A stretch of 59,545 nucleotides of DNA, the filler included, from Dugesia japonica (Eukaryota): assembly GCA_001938525.1 (NCBI GenBank). It is 5 parts of 5 records of this genome, joined end to end, with 100 filler letters (N's around TTAATTAATTAA, not from the genome) between each part and the next. Parts side by side here need not be neighbours in the genome. Positions count along the whole stretch, not along the records: positions 21,948 to 35,696 come from MQRL01645470.1; positions 35,797 to 48,251 come from MQRL01587822.1; 3 more parts are not named here. The stretch is one strand, 5' to 3'. A model generated the notes under the pieces. It was given only the letters and a program-made list of their open reading frames with translations. It was not told where the DNA came from and searched no databases. Position 1 is the first letter of the stretch, and each line of letters begins with the position of its first letter. Below are positions 25,658 to 38,230 of the stretch, one piece after another. The position numbers and the translations under genes were made by a program.

Positions 25658-26799
25658 CAAAAGAAAGAGCAACATTATTTGAGAAACAAGAAGGAGAATA
25701 TAGAAGGCAAAATAAAATATTTTCAAAAGGAATGAAAACCAAACCGTGGAAGAATAATTGAACCGGTTTAAAAGATAATTTAATTAGAACAATCACGTCG
25801 TGAAGAAATAAATTATTATCATTATTATTGCTGTAATTCAAATTTGTACATGACTATCTTATGATATTATTCATGTGTATTTAAAACATTAATTTCAGAC
25901 GGACAATTTTCGTACCTTCTCTCTTATCTGAATGTCGAAGAGGAGAAAGTATCCGATCTCGAGACGCATGATAAACAAGGATTGCACTAATCACATTAAT
26001 AGCTGGAAATTATTTCATGAAGACTTAGTGTGACTTCGTCAGAATGTTTTTCTTTTGTATTTTTCTGTTATTAGATCTTACCTGAGTTCAACATCCAAGT
26101 TTAAATATTTCACTTGATTAAGTTGTCTATTCATTAATCACTAATCCATTATTTAAGTAATAAACATTGAAGATATATTTTTCCAAATTTTGTTGGAAAT
26201 CAACAAACGTTTTTACGGATCGAAANGTTTCAGTCCCGGCCAATACAAGAACCTTCTGGCAGGAATATCGGCAGTAACCAGAAATGCAGCAAGTGATCAA
26301 CCTAACTGAAGACGACATTTTTAATAATTTGAATAAAAGTATTTACGAATATGTTTTTAATTATTTGCAATAAACAAAAGTATGTAGATAAATGAGTTTG
26401 ACAGATTTATTACTGAGAAATAAAAACATCATTAGTGAGATTCATAAGTCAGGATACAGTGTAGTCCTACTGAATCCGGGAAAAGGGAAATCGATGTTTG
26501 CAAAAACATAGTAAATTCTCATGGCTCTGGGGTATCATCCGCTGTCAAAAATCAGAGATGAAGGAAACAAAGACAGAAAATCAAAAGAAGTCTAAAAAGC
26601 AGTGGAGCCCAGCAGTAATATTAATATTATTAGTACTACTAGTAATAAATAATACTCTAAATAAACTAGGATAAAAAGAGATGAATTAAATAAATGTACA
26701 AAGATAGCCAAGCTAAAAAATGAACAAATAATGAAACAATAAAGGAAACAACAAGCGAAATACCTTACATTACAGAATTTAACAAGCTAATAGAAAATC

Positions 26800-27600
26800 C
26801 ATATTTTCACCTAGTTTTCACAACTATCAAGCGACAGAAAGGTCCAGAATGGTGATTATAAACAAAAAATTAATACTAAAAAATATCTTGAGACTACTTT
26901 TCGAGAACTAAACAAATATTAAAATACCTATTTATGTTGAAGGATTAAATTATTTCCAGATTATGCCTAGAAATTAATTCAGTCCTGAATTAAATCTATA
27001 AATTAATTAAGGAAAACTTAATGAATTACTAAACTGAGCCAACATTGGGTTAATATATTAAGAATATAATTAGAAAGTATCCTTTTTTCTATCATAAGCT
27101 CAAATCAAGAAGTTTTATGAGTACTCCAGTGTTAATTTTCAATTATACCTTGCAACTTACTAACATTTAATAAAACAAATTTGCATGTTTTATTGAGTAA
27201 CTTTCTATTCCTTACCGTTCATTTTAAGAACTCCTCAACTATGTATTATTAAATGAAGTATTTAACTCAATTCTACAATGTATATATATAACAGCGCGAG
27301 AACTTTGTAAAGAAATTTGTTAAAATTACTTATTTAATTAAGATTAATAGAATATATTCTGAGAAAATGTGGCAGAACAATATGTGGAATTCAATCAAAA
27401 CTGGGGATCTAATTAATTAAACTGGACAACAAATCTATATCTATGTAAAGAAATTTTGTCTACATAAAATGTTCTATCCAAGATTATTTTCCAAAATAGT
27501 CATTTTGAAGATGTTTTATGCGAGTATTGGGAGATAATTTTACAAATGAATTACAACAAAAATCACAAAAAAATAACAATCAAATCACACTATTTGAACT
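26800..27600 (+). mobile_element. Very degenerate non-LTR (LINE) RT remnant
   Basis: Ordered weak motifs: KGP (PGPDG-like, ~26838), GKLNELLN* (GD..LSNWRPI-like, ~27011), IISSNQ (..Q.GF-like, ~27091). Confidence 0.4.
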
Positions 27601-27660
27601 TATAAAAGATCGGCTACTAAAATTTATAAAAATCACCAATGAAATATTGGATATTTGATA

Positions 27661-27924
27661 TTAACAGTCTTTTAGACAAGTGTTTTTAGAATTTTCTTTT
27701 GCTGCTACTTCACTGAATTTTGATAGTAGACTCCTTTTACTTTGGAAAAACGAGTCACCCAACGGAGTAGACATATTATCTGGGGAAGGCATTTTCGCTT
27801 CCTTACTTCCAGAAATGGCGTTTGATTGTTCATCCATTCGCATGATACTACTAATAAAAACCTGTCTATTTTCTTCATCTGCTGGACCCCATTCAGATTT
27901 TGGTTTTATCACTTCTCGTAAAAT
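27661..27924 (-). CDS. SLC6 (Na+/Cl- neurotransmitter/amino-acid symporter) terminal exon
   Basis: Acceptor atttag, then a phase-0, 88-codon frame ILREVIKPKSEWGPADEENRQ...KDC*. The P...WGP..EENR motif is typical of SLC6 C-tails, and it joins the 34422-34684 exon in frame. Confidence 0.85.
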   Translation of the reverse strand: MLREVIKPKSEWGPADEENRQVFISSIMRMDEQSNAISGSKEAKMPSPDNMSTPLGDSFFQSKRSLLSKFSEVAAKENSKNTCLKDC

Positions 27925-29607
27925 CTAAATAAAATATTTCAAAACCAATTTATTAATTGAATTTTATTACTTCATACTTTAGCGTATTTACATGGTTTAA
28001 ATTTGATTTTTCAAGAGTTGTTTATAAATTTTTAAGATGAATGCTAAATTTCATTTGAAAGNNNNNNNNNNNNNNNNNNNNNNNNNNNNNNNNNNNATTT
28101 ATGTTTAACTTCGTAAATATTTATTAAATTAATATTATAAAGTAAATTTCTCCTTTAAAATGAAATCATATTAATTTCAGTGCCAGCAGACCAGTTACCG
28201 CTTATCACGAGATTCCATCGATTGGAGCGCCGTTACTATAAGCAACGAGAACGTATGCTACTCCGGCATATCGAACGAAAAAAATAAAATTATTAAGCTA
28301 TTAGAAACCGTCTATAAAAAACAACTATCGATTGCCAAAGCTACTACAAACAGATTGTTCCGCTAGGTAGCGTACATGACACAGTATATTGCAGATCTGG
28401 TCGCTAGGTGTAGCACCCTGGCATTCGATCAGTGGAATGATCAGGATATCAAAGCCTCCTTAGACTTAAGTAATTAGCTTTCAGCCCTGTCATAAGTAAA
28501 ATCCTGATGTACAAATAAATGTTTTATAAATACCCTCTTTATTATGTTTTTATTATTGTTGGGCTGAAACAGTCCAGTTAATAAAATAAATATGAAACCC
28601 AAACAAATCAGTGAAAAGAATAGACAATAATGCTCAAGAATAAATGAAGTAATAAAGGAAAACAGGAAAAAGAAAAGCCATAATAAAGAATAAAATAAAA
28701 TAATGGTTTCAATAAATCGTTAAATTACAGATTTTGAAAATTAGAGAATTGAATGGAAAATCATAATTAGAATAAAAGAAACAGAGAAATATTGATCATC
28801 GAAATAAATTAAGTTTTATATTTAGTTTTATATGAATTTTTATTTAATGTTAAATTTAAAATTTTAGAATTGTTTTTAATATTCAGTTGGTAAAAAAGTG
28901 TTTTATAAAACGTATTTTTTATAGTCGAAATATTTTTATAAAATGTATTTGCAGTGAGATTTTTAAGAGTATAAGTTAGTATTATTAATATGCATTTCGA
29001 TAATCAATTTCTTAATTATTATTTCAGTTGCCAAACAAAAAATTTTAGTAATTATTTTAAAGTTATAATTATTAATTTTATTATCGATTATGAACGTAAT
29101 TGTATTAAATAATTTAGTAACAATTTTAAGTAAATCTGCGTAAAAATTAAAAATGGAGATTTATTCATAAATTTTACTCGATATAATTGTTAATCTTTTA
29201 GTTAATTAAAAATCTTATTGATTGTTACTTTATTGTTGTTAGTGTTATTTTATTATTAATATTCTGAAGACATTATTATTGATGAGGTGCGTATTCTTCA
29301 CAAAAATGAAAGTAATTTTTGAATCAATAAAAACTTTAAAAAATGCGTACAGCTTTAAATAATTTTAAATTTCAATATTGTTTAAATTAAACAGTTTATT
29401 AGAAATACTGCTTTTAATTGTTTTTAAATTTTACTTTAAAGAAATTATTTATATAGCAAATTGAAAAAATAGAATTGGAAAATAGTAAATTGCGGAAGCA
29501 TAAAGCAGTTTGGAAATTTTGGAAGCTATTGTCAAGGATCAAATTGTTGTGATGAAAATATTTCATTAACTAATAATAATTATTAATATTGATAAATGAA
29601 TAATTAA

Positions 29608-32091
29608 AGAGTAGATGTATAGTGCATCACTGGGCGACATCCACCGCTAATCACATACTATGGCTAAATAATTTCATACAGTTTGTTATGTATGGTTATG
29701 GTTACATAATGCTAGCTGATTACATCATCGTTATGATATATTTTCAGTATCACTCCAATATTATGAAAATATGGTTTTTTAAATCACAATTATTTAATCA
29801 CTTATGGATTACGTAATAAGTGTTATTACTCTATATATTCTGTAATTACTCGAAAATTTCATTTGTTTACGGAAAATCAAATTTTAGTTTAAATTAACTA
29901 TATTTTTAAAATTTTTCAGAAATATTTTCGTTTTCAAAACTTTTTATACAATTCTGCTGATAATTTCCTCGAGATCATTTATAGTAAAAAACTTTTCGAA
30001 AAAATCGTTCCCAAATTTTTTAATTATAGTATCTATTCAGTAGACAATTTTAAGCTGATCAAGAATATTATAGTTAAAAATCACCAAAAAGTATTTTGAT
30101 GAAATAAATTGAAAAAACAATAATTTTTAAAAACAAACAAGTACGCATAAGGTGTATACATAGTTAAAGTGCATNCACAGTTAAGGGACTAATGTGTGCA
30201 CTATTTAACTCATTACAAGCAATAACAATTAGTTCCTCTCCTTGATAACTTTAATACTAGAATCTCTCCCGGCAATATTAATATTAATGTCTCTCGAGCA
30301 ATATTAATATTAGACTAGCAACATTAAGAGTAAAAACTCCTTCTGGCAAATTTAATGTTAGAATTCTCTCAGAGAAACATGTATATTTTAATTTTTAAAG
30401 TGTAACCATTGAAAACTTATAACTTCCACAGTAAAATTATCAGTGAAATTTTCACAATAAAATATTTATTTTCCAAGAAAAAACTATTATTTACCAAGTA
30501 AAATATTTATTTTTCAAGAAAACCTATCCATAGAGATATATTAAAAATCTTTCGTCGGTTTATATCAATATTTAAATTCTTACTCAATTATTATTTAAAC
30601 TTTTGCTGTAAATAACAAATTAAATAAAACATTTTTTATACAATACATTTATTTAATACAATTTCAACTGTAATATTGACTTGTCAGCCATATTAGGCAA
30701 TGTTATCNACATTTTGTTGTAAACCATTGTTTATTTCGAATCCTGTTGTAAACAATAGGCTACTCATTTGCTCCTCTTTACCAAGAGTTTGTTGAATTTC
30801 GATTTGAATAAATTTGATTTCAATATTTTACACACAAACAGGATTTTTATCCGCTACTGCGTGGATAACAATTTAATTTACAGCATCATTTCTCAACTCC
30901 ATTTTATGATAATTGAAATAGTTAATTAGAAGACTGTTTGAAATATTTACTTCGAAATAATATTTTTTTACTTGGAAAATTATACGTTAGGTTTTAAAAA
31001 TTTAAATAAATTTTAAAAAAATTAAAATCTGAGAAAATTTTAACATTAATATTGTTTAGGAGCAACAAATAATAACATTAATATCTCTGGGTGGTTTCTA
31101 ATATTAATGTTCCCTGGGGGAGCAACTAATATTAATGTTCAATAGAAGCAACTAATATTGCCATTGTCCTAGAGATATTTATTGTTACTGTGAGTGGTTT
31201 TGAAGCGAGTTGAAATTTTTGTGCTTTGATTGGGAATTATTTTTTTTTAATCTCTTATTTAAAAATTGGAAGTCAAAAATTAATCAAGAAATTAAATTAA
31301 AGTTGTGGTACGAAAATTATTTGTAGTTAAAGATTGATTCAAATATTTTTTATACACAATTTTTATTGTCAAATTTGTAAAATTGGAAATTAAATATTTA
31401 TATAGCGAACGATGGTTTGTTTCAAAATTTTTAAAAATAAAAATTTTAGTAACAAATGATGCTTTCTTTTAAAATTTTGTGAAAATTTTTTAAACTAAAT
31501 TTCGATAACAGATAATTATTTTCTTAAATTTTCGAAGTAGTTTAAATAAAGTTTTGATTTAAATTTTAAAATTTATTAGAAAATAATTCCCAATTGAAGA
31601 AAGGGTTTTAATTTGATTGATTAAACAAATAATGATGTTATAGTTTTTTATTTGAAATAAATTTTATTGATCAGTGTAAAATTCCTTAGTGTAATAAATC
31701 ATCTTATGATAAAATTTGAGAAAACTTTTAGAACAAATAAAAATTTTACCAAAATCGATCTAAAAAGAAATTCTCAGTATAATAGTAAAAAATTTTCATG
31801 TTTTGAAAACAAAAGCTATTTTTGAAAAATTTTAAAAAATTATACTTCATCAGGTAAAATTTTGGTTGATTTAAACAAAAGAGGATTTTCCGCTGATATT
31901 ACGTGAAAAAATGAAATTTCCGAGTGATTACGGAATGCCTGACTTAATTGTGATGTAATCACGAAGTTCATTTACAATTATTACACAATGCTGACTTAAT
32001 CAGACGGTATGATGTAACTATACATTGATTACATGACAAAATATTTGAAAATACTAAGCCACTGATATGATTGCTGCACTATCCATCTATT
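29608..32091. mobile_element. Long-TIR non-autonomous DNA transposon (Kolobok-like, TTAA-flanked)
   Basis: Termini tagatgtatagtgca / tgcactatccatcta, both next to TTAA. Arms ~29610-30120 and ~31620-32090 are imperfect reverse complements. Confidence 0.6.
30211..31191. mobile_element. CACTA/EnSpm-like non-autonomous insertion nested in the long-TIR element
   Basis: Inverted subterminal arrays of aatattaatg/aacattaatatt at 30211-30375 and 31028-31191; right end ..gttactgtg. Confidence 0.5.
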
Positions 32092-32929
32092 TTAAAGCAA
32101 TATCATTTATAGAACTTCCAATTTAAGCATTATTCAGTGACACAATTTTATCGATCGATTTTGAATTATTTTTAGTATAATTATTATTATTAATATTATT
32201 TTATTATTATTATTATTATTATACTTTTTATTACAAGTACATGGCTTCAAATAACTCAGTAACCAATAGTGACAAAAACCCATACAACTGAAATAATGAT
32301 ATTATAATTCGTTATTGATTTTCACCAAGAAAAATAAAATTATTTCACCTTAGAAAAATAAAAATCTTAATTTAAAATGCGCACTAGTAAAGTCGATGTA
32401 AACACACACATTTTCAATGAAGTTGAAGATTTTTTCTCATTTACTTTTTCTATGAAAATTGGCAATATCTTAAAAATAAACGATGAAGTCGTTAATAAAA
32501 AAATTCTACTTAACCAATTATTTCAGTGTTCTCTTGATAAAATCGATTTTCATTCTACCCAAAATCTTTAATCGTTGTGTAATGATGAATCATTCATTGG
32601 GAAGTTAACAAATATTTTGTTTCTGTATCGAATTCGCTGATATATTATGCAGAGAAGAACATTTAGAATTGACTAACCCAATAACATACAAACTTAACAG
32701 TTTCATTCATATTATCAGTTTAGCACGTGATTCAACATTCGTTGAAAAATTACTTTAGGCAAAATTAAAAAATTCTTACAAAAATGAATGAATGTAGTAG
32801 ACTGTCTATATTTTCTCGCTTTTTAATACATCTATTTTTTAATGAGAACTTTTAATTTTAATAAATTATATAATATAAAAAGACACAATTATGAAGAATT
32901 TTAACCAATGGAAATGGATTAAAATAATT

Positions 32930-34359
32930 AATTAAATACAATTCTATTTATCATATTTATTTATATTACTTATCTTGTTATTAGTGAATAAAAATATGCC
33001 TGAAATTAATAATTCCGATTTGGAAAATAAATTATCTTTGGAGTATTTACCTAAAATTGTGTTAGCAGTAAATATCGACTCTATTACAGATAGGTTATTA
33101 CCAAATGTATTTGGTAAGGGAGATGAAATTTAAAAATTCATAATTCAGAACATTACTCAGAACAAACAACAAGAAAGATTAATTTTGAGTTTGTTAGGTA
33201 ACGATTTACGATTGAAAAAGGTTGAATGATATCGGGCTCGTTTACGTCTGTCATTTAAAAAAAACGATGAAATCAAAGATATTCAGAATTTGATTAACGA
33301 AAAGTGTGAAAATGAAGAGATTGAAGTTTATTTTAAAAATGTAAATGATTTAGTGAAAGGACTATTTACAAATAAAGATTTTACAAGGAATAATTTTTGC
33401 AAAGATTATGCAGATAATAAAAAGTAACAATAAGTAATAAAAGAAACAATGACGCTAGTAGATTTATTAGAAAAATAAGAGATCAAATTGTTAGAAATTA
33501 TACCAGAGTTACAAGTCGAAATGATCAGAAATCTGTAGACATGTGTATCAATTGTAAGAAAAATGAAATATCGAATTCCAGCTGTCATCAATCATACTAA
33601 AGCAAATTATCTAACAACAAAGTGTTTGAGTGTTGGACTTGCTATAAAAATTNACATAAAAGTCGGGAACAACTGAGAAATTAGTGAGTGCTGGAAGATC
33701 AGGAAACCAATATAATGGAATACATGCGATTGCATATGAAGAAGTCAATACAAACGATGGATATAAGAAAGTATATGAAAGTGATTTCGGAAGGTACTAC
33801 CCAAAAGACAAGATTCCACCAGTATAGAAGTTGTTTGGAGTCATCCATTTTTAAATAAAGTGATTGAGAGATAAACAAGGAATATAGATGGACCACACTC
33901 AATGTACCACGTAAAAATTGAAAACGATTGAAGGGAGATGTGGAAAATCTAGAAGGTTTATTAAGAAAGTGGATACAGTCGAACCTCTCTATAATGTCAG
34001 CTCGAAATAGCGTCACTTTCTGAGTAGTCTTCAAAAAAGCCATTGAATTTTTACAAAAATGTCTCTCTATAACGTCAGTTTTTTAAACACAAAATGAATT
34101 TTCCAAATAAAATTTATCTCTTTATAAAATTTTAATTGTTAAGTAAATTTATAAAACCCATCTTACAGGGTTTTCGNGGTAATATATAAAATTATATAAA
34201 AGAGGGCAAACTTGTTTTATTAATTCTATTAATTATTATTTAATTCTATTTACCATATATTTATTTAAATTACTTATCTTATTAATACTGAATAAAAATA
34301 TGTCTGAAATTAATAATTTTGATTTAGAAAATAAATTATCTTTGGAATATTTAGTTAAC
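32930..34359 (+). mobile_element. Internally deleted Ty3/Gypsy-like LTR retrotransposon
   Basis: Direct repeat 32938-33050 vs 34242-34352. Gag-like frame from ATG 32995 ending in a zinc-knuckle-like CWTCYKN.HKSRE (~33631-33670). PPT-like gaagggaga followed by TG at ~33939; the second repeat ends in CA. Confidence 0.7.
33975..34085 (+). mobile_element. pogo/Tigger-like MITE end inserted in the 3' LTR
   Basis: TA followed by cagtcgaacctctctataa, and the subterminal repeat ctctctataacgtcag. Confidence 0.55.
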
Positions 34360-34421
34360 AAATATATTATTAATATTATTTATATTAATATTTCAAAATA
34401 AAATACTCCAATAAAACTCAC

Positions 34422-34684
34422 AATCCATCCACCTTCTTTGCAATATCTATACAAAAAGACTGCTGGAACAAATATTAATGGGAAAAGAGCAATTATATGA
34501 GATAAAGTAATAAAAGGTTTTGGATATGAATATGAGCCATATTTAAGCGTGTCTCCCGTTATAAAATAAAATATTATCAAAAATGTAATCACAGCAGGTG
34601 ATATATACATCCACATTATTCTCCAATACCAATTTGGCCTTTTGGTGGTCATTAGAGCAATGTCTTTCCTGAATCTATTGATAC
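34422..34684 (-). CDS. SLC6 transporter penultimate exon (TM11-TM12)
   Basis: Acceptor cttcag and donor gtgagt. Encodes (G)INRFRKDIALMTTKRPNWYWRIMWMYISP..LKYGSYSYP..LIFVPAVFLYRYCKEGGWI, the classic SLC6 C-terminal TM region. Upstream exons were not found; a scaffold join lies at ~35700. Confidence 0.92.
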
Positions 34685-36869
34685 CTGAAGATGATAATAA
34701 TAATAATGATAATAATAATAATAATGTTGGGGTTTCATCTAGATGCGCTGATTTTTTAATAAATAAGTCTAGAGTGGTCGGTCTAGTAAAACCCCGCGAA
34801 AAATTTAATCTGGTGTCCCCAAAATTCCAGATTTTCGGAATGGAGCCGTTGACTCGGAATTCGAGTGCAGACTCGCATCCCTTTGATTCGGGTTCATATT
34901 TCAAGACACTCGCTAAGATTCCTCCGGCATNTATTCACATTATCTATTTTCTTATTAGCCCTTTATCGATTTCAACTTTGGGAAGTCGTTTAATAGTCTT
35001 TACTATATAAACTAGTTTAGTCTGAATTAATTATAAATTTTTTGGTTTGGTATTAAATTAACTATCCTAAAAACAGAGAAAAACAAAATTGTAATAGAGA
35101 AAATTATATTAAAATACTAACTTTACTGGTGGTACATTAACTGACAATTAAAACAATCGATAGAACTAATGTGGTCTGGATCCCGATCCGGAGCAAGCAC
35201 AATGTCATGATATTCATTTTCTCCATGGTTAATGGTGACCCGAGAGATCCTCCATAATGTTGAAATCAAGCTGGAAATCGTTACACCGGTAATCAAATAG
35301 TAAAAATAATCACCTTCTTTGATAACTGAAAAATTTTCCGTCTAACTTCAGGATTTTCTTGATAAAAAGATTGATCTTTTGGTGAAAATTACATCGGTAT
35401 TTATACCGGTTTTCAGATACACTCTCGTTATTTTTATTGGTCATTTGGAATCGTACGATTTTTCTAACGTTTCCATTGGCTTGAACGTCATATGAGTTCT
35501 TTTTATTGGTGGTTATTTTAGGATTCTAAAATTATTGGTCAATCTTCAAACCCTTATAACTTCTTTCTGGATCTTATTACGATTTTCTAACTGGCATTTT
35601 TGAATTCCTCAATTGTTTCTAGTCCATAATTTTCTTATCTGCTAATTTTAACTCCAACGGAAACCTTCATTTTTCTTATTTTTGACAAATAATTTANNNN
35701 NNNNNNNNNNNNNNNNNNNNNNNNNNNNNNNNNNNNNNNNTTAATTAATTAANNNNNNNNNNNNNNNNNNNNNNNNNNNNNNNNNNNNNNNNNNNNAATC
35801 ATTAAATTAAGTAAAAATTATTAAGTTAAAATTTAATAATATTATGTAAAGTTTAAATCATTACAATAAAAATTGTAATGATAGTTAACTTAACAATTTA
35901 AATAAAATGAAATGAAATTATAATCAAATTAAAATAAAATCANTAACATATAGTTATTAAAGAAAGTCATTAACCTAAAATTTAATCTTAATAAATCTAA
36001 CCTCTATTCATAAATTCCTTTGTCATTTTGTCAAAAAATTCCTTAGACACATTATTTATTTTTTTTCAGTCTAAAATATAAATCAATAACAATAGATTAA
36101 TTAATTAAACTTACCATGTTAAGGCTTTTCGTCATGTTTGTTGAAATATTTTTTTTTGAATTCATTTTGTTTATATCTAGAATAAAAAAATCATTAAAAT
36201 AAAATAACGAATAAATAGTCACTTACTTTGTAATTGAATTATGGAATAATGAGGAATTATGGATTTTTCAAAGTCATCTACCATTTTATTTATTTAGCTT
36301 AGTTAAACAAAAATAAATAAATAATTTCTATATAATAATAATTAATTTAATATACCTAAACCAAAATTAATTTATTGTTAATTTAAAATTTATTAATTAA
36401 AAACTTATTAATTAAAATCTTATGAACTTTAAAAACATTTTCACACCAATAAAATCTTATAAAACTCTATAAGAATATATAAAACTATTTAGATAACCTA
36501 TAGAATCCAATAATATTCTAAAGAAACCTTATTAAAACTTTGATTTATCGTGCATTTTCATTGTTTTCATTGCATTATTGTTGCACAAATATGACTCACG
36601 TTCTTTGTTTAATTGAATTCAATTGGCATTTTCCTTATTATAGTTGCAATTTCGTGTTGCTTTTCTTTAATATAGCTGTTATAGTTACATTTTTGTTAAA
36701 ATGTTTAATTTTTTTTGTTTTAATAAATGATTGATTTTTGTAGGAATTGTAAAATTTGTTTTACTTTTATGCTTTTTTTTAAATTTTGTTTAAAATTTTT
36801 TTTAATATATTTTTTTTATTGAATTTTTTTTTGGAAATTTTTTTTTCTGAATTTTTTTATTTGTTTTTG

Positions 36870-38230
36870 GGACTTCTATGCAACTTTTAAAATATTTTGT
36901 CGATTTCTATGTAATTTTTGAAAGTTGTAATAACTTCTATGTAATATATAAAATATTTCACCAACCTCTATTTAATTTATTAAAAATTGTAATGTAATAA
37001 ATTGTATGTAATTTTTGAAATATTTTAACGTTATCTATGTAATACATTTGAAATATCTATGTAAGATAACACATAAAAGACAATTATGTGAAAATTTTAT
37101 TTAAAACACGCTTGTTCTTTATTAGACACTTGAAAATTCAATCAATGTGTCTTCATCTGACATTTCTTTATCATTTTCTTCATCTGCATAAAGAGTGTGA
37201 ATCAATCATATCCTTATTTGTACTTGTATCAGGCATTACTTCATCAGAAATATCATCATTTGAAGGCATATCAATTATTTCATCATCAATAATGACATAA
37301 TTTGGTTGTGCATCAATCATTTTCTCGATAAGAATATCATCATTTGGTTGAGTATCGTTCATGTCTTCCTCTGTTGATGCATCTATTTCATCTATCTCTA
37401 CATCATTTTCTTGAAAATCATGTACTATTAAATAATTATTTAGATTAATATTTGTTATTATTATTACCTTGATCCGATGAATTTATATGTTCAATCATAT
37501 CGTCTATAATATTATACAAATGCATTACTAATCAGTTGTTAAGCTTCTATTAGTTTTTTGTTTATCTTACATTTTCGTTGATTAACATGTATTTATGATG
37601 CACACATGGATTAATATGTATAAAATTTTAATATTCACCCGGAACTTTTAATATTAATATTTTAAATAGATAAGTATATTTGCTGTATAATGTGTATTAT
37701 ATTTATTATATTTATTAAATGTATATGTGAATCTATGAAACTTTGTATGAACTTTGTTTATTTTATTAATGAAATGATATATAAATTGTATATGTTAGGC
37801 GTATTAATAGATATATGAATGTACTGAATACATTTGATGTATAGATCTTTTTGAATTATTTGCGTTTATATGATGTAATTATTGAATGTATACTGTTAAT
37901 TGTTTCATTGAGTGCATTGGCTTTATTGCATGATTTTCATAACTTNAGTAAGTTTTTCAGGAACAGAGTAAATATTTAGAAATAATTACCGGATCTCTGG
38001 TAACTTTTTGAAATATTTTAAGGACATCTAGTGTTTTTTTTTATTTATTTTCCTTATGTTTTACATGGGATTTTGAAAATGTTTGCAACATCTGGTAACT
38101 TTTTGAAAAGATTAGCAGATCACTAGTAACGCTTTTGAAATAGTTACATGATATGTGGTAACTTTTCGGAAATAATTACTGGATCTCTGGTAAATCTTTT
38201 GAAATAATTACATGAAATCTATGCAATTTT
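36870..38230. repeat. Imperfect ~30-35-bp tandem arrays flanking an acidic minus-strand exon-like segment
   Basis: Motif ttctatgtaatttttgaaa (36870-37060) and atctctggtaactttttgaaa (37980-38230). Between them is a D/E-rich frame at 37180-37425 preceded by a short GT-AG intron. Confidence 0.6.

Noticed and set aside
34685-34904. N-terminal part of the 174-aa ORF 34380-34904, with a poly-Leu stretch
   Set aside because: Intronic read-through of a GC-richer repeat and an (AAT)n tract; only 34422-34684 is SLC6 coding.
37980-38230. Spaced ~35-bp repeats superficially like a CRISPR array (also 22780-22930)
   Set aside because: Degenerate tandem units without unique spacers, no cas genes, and a eukaryotic context.
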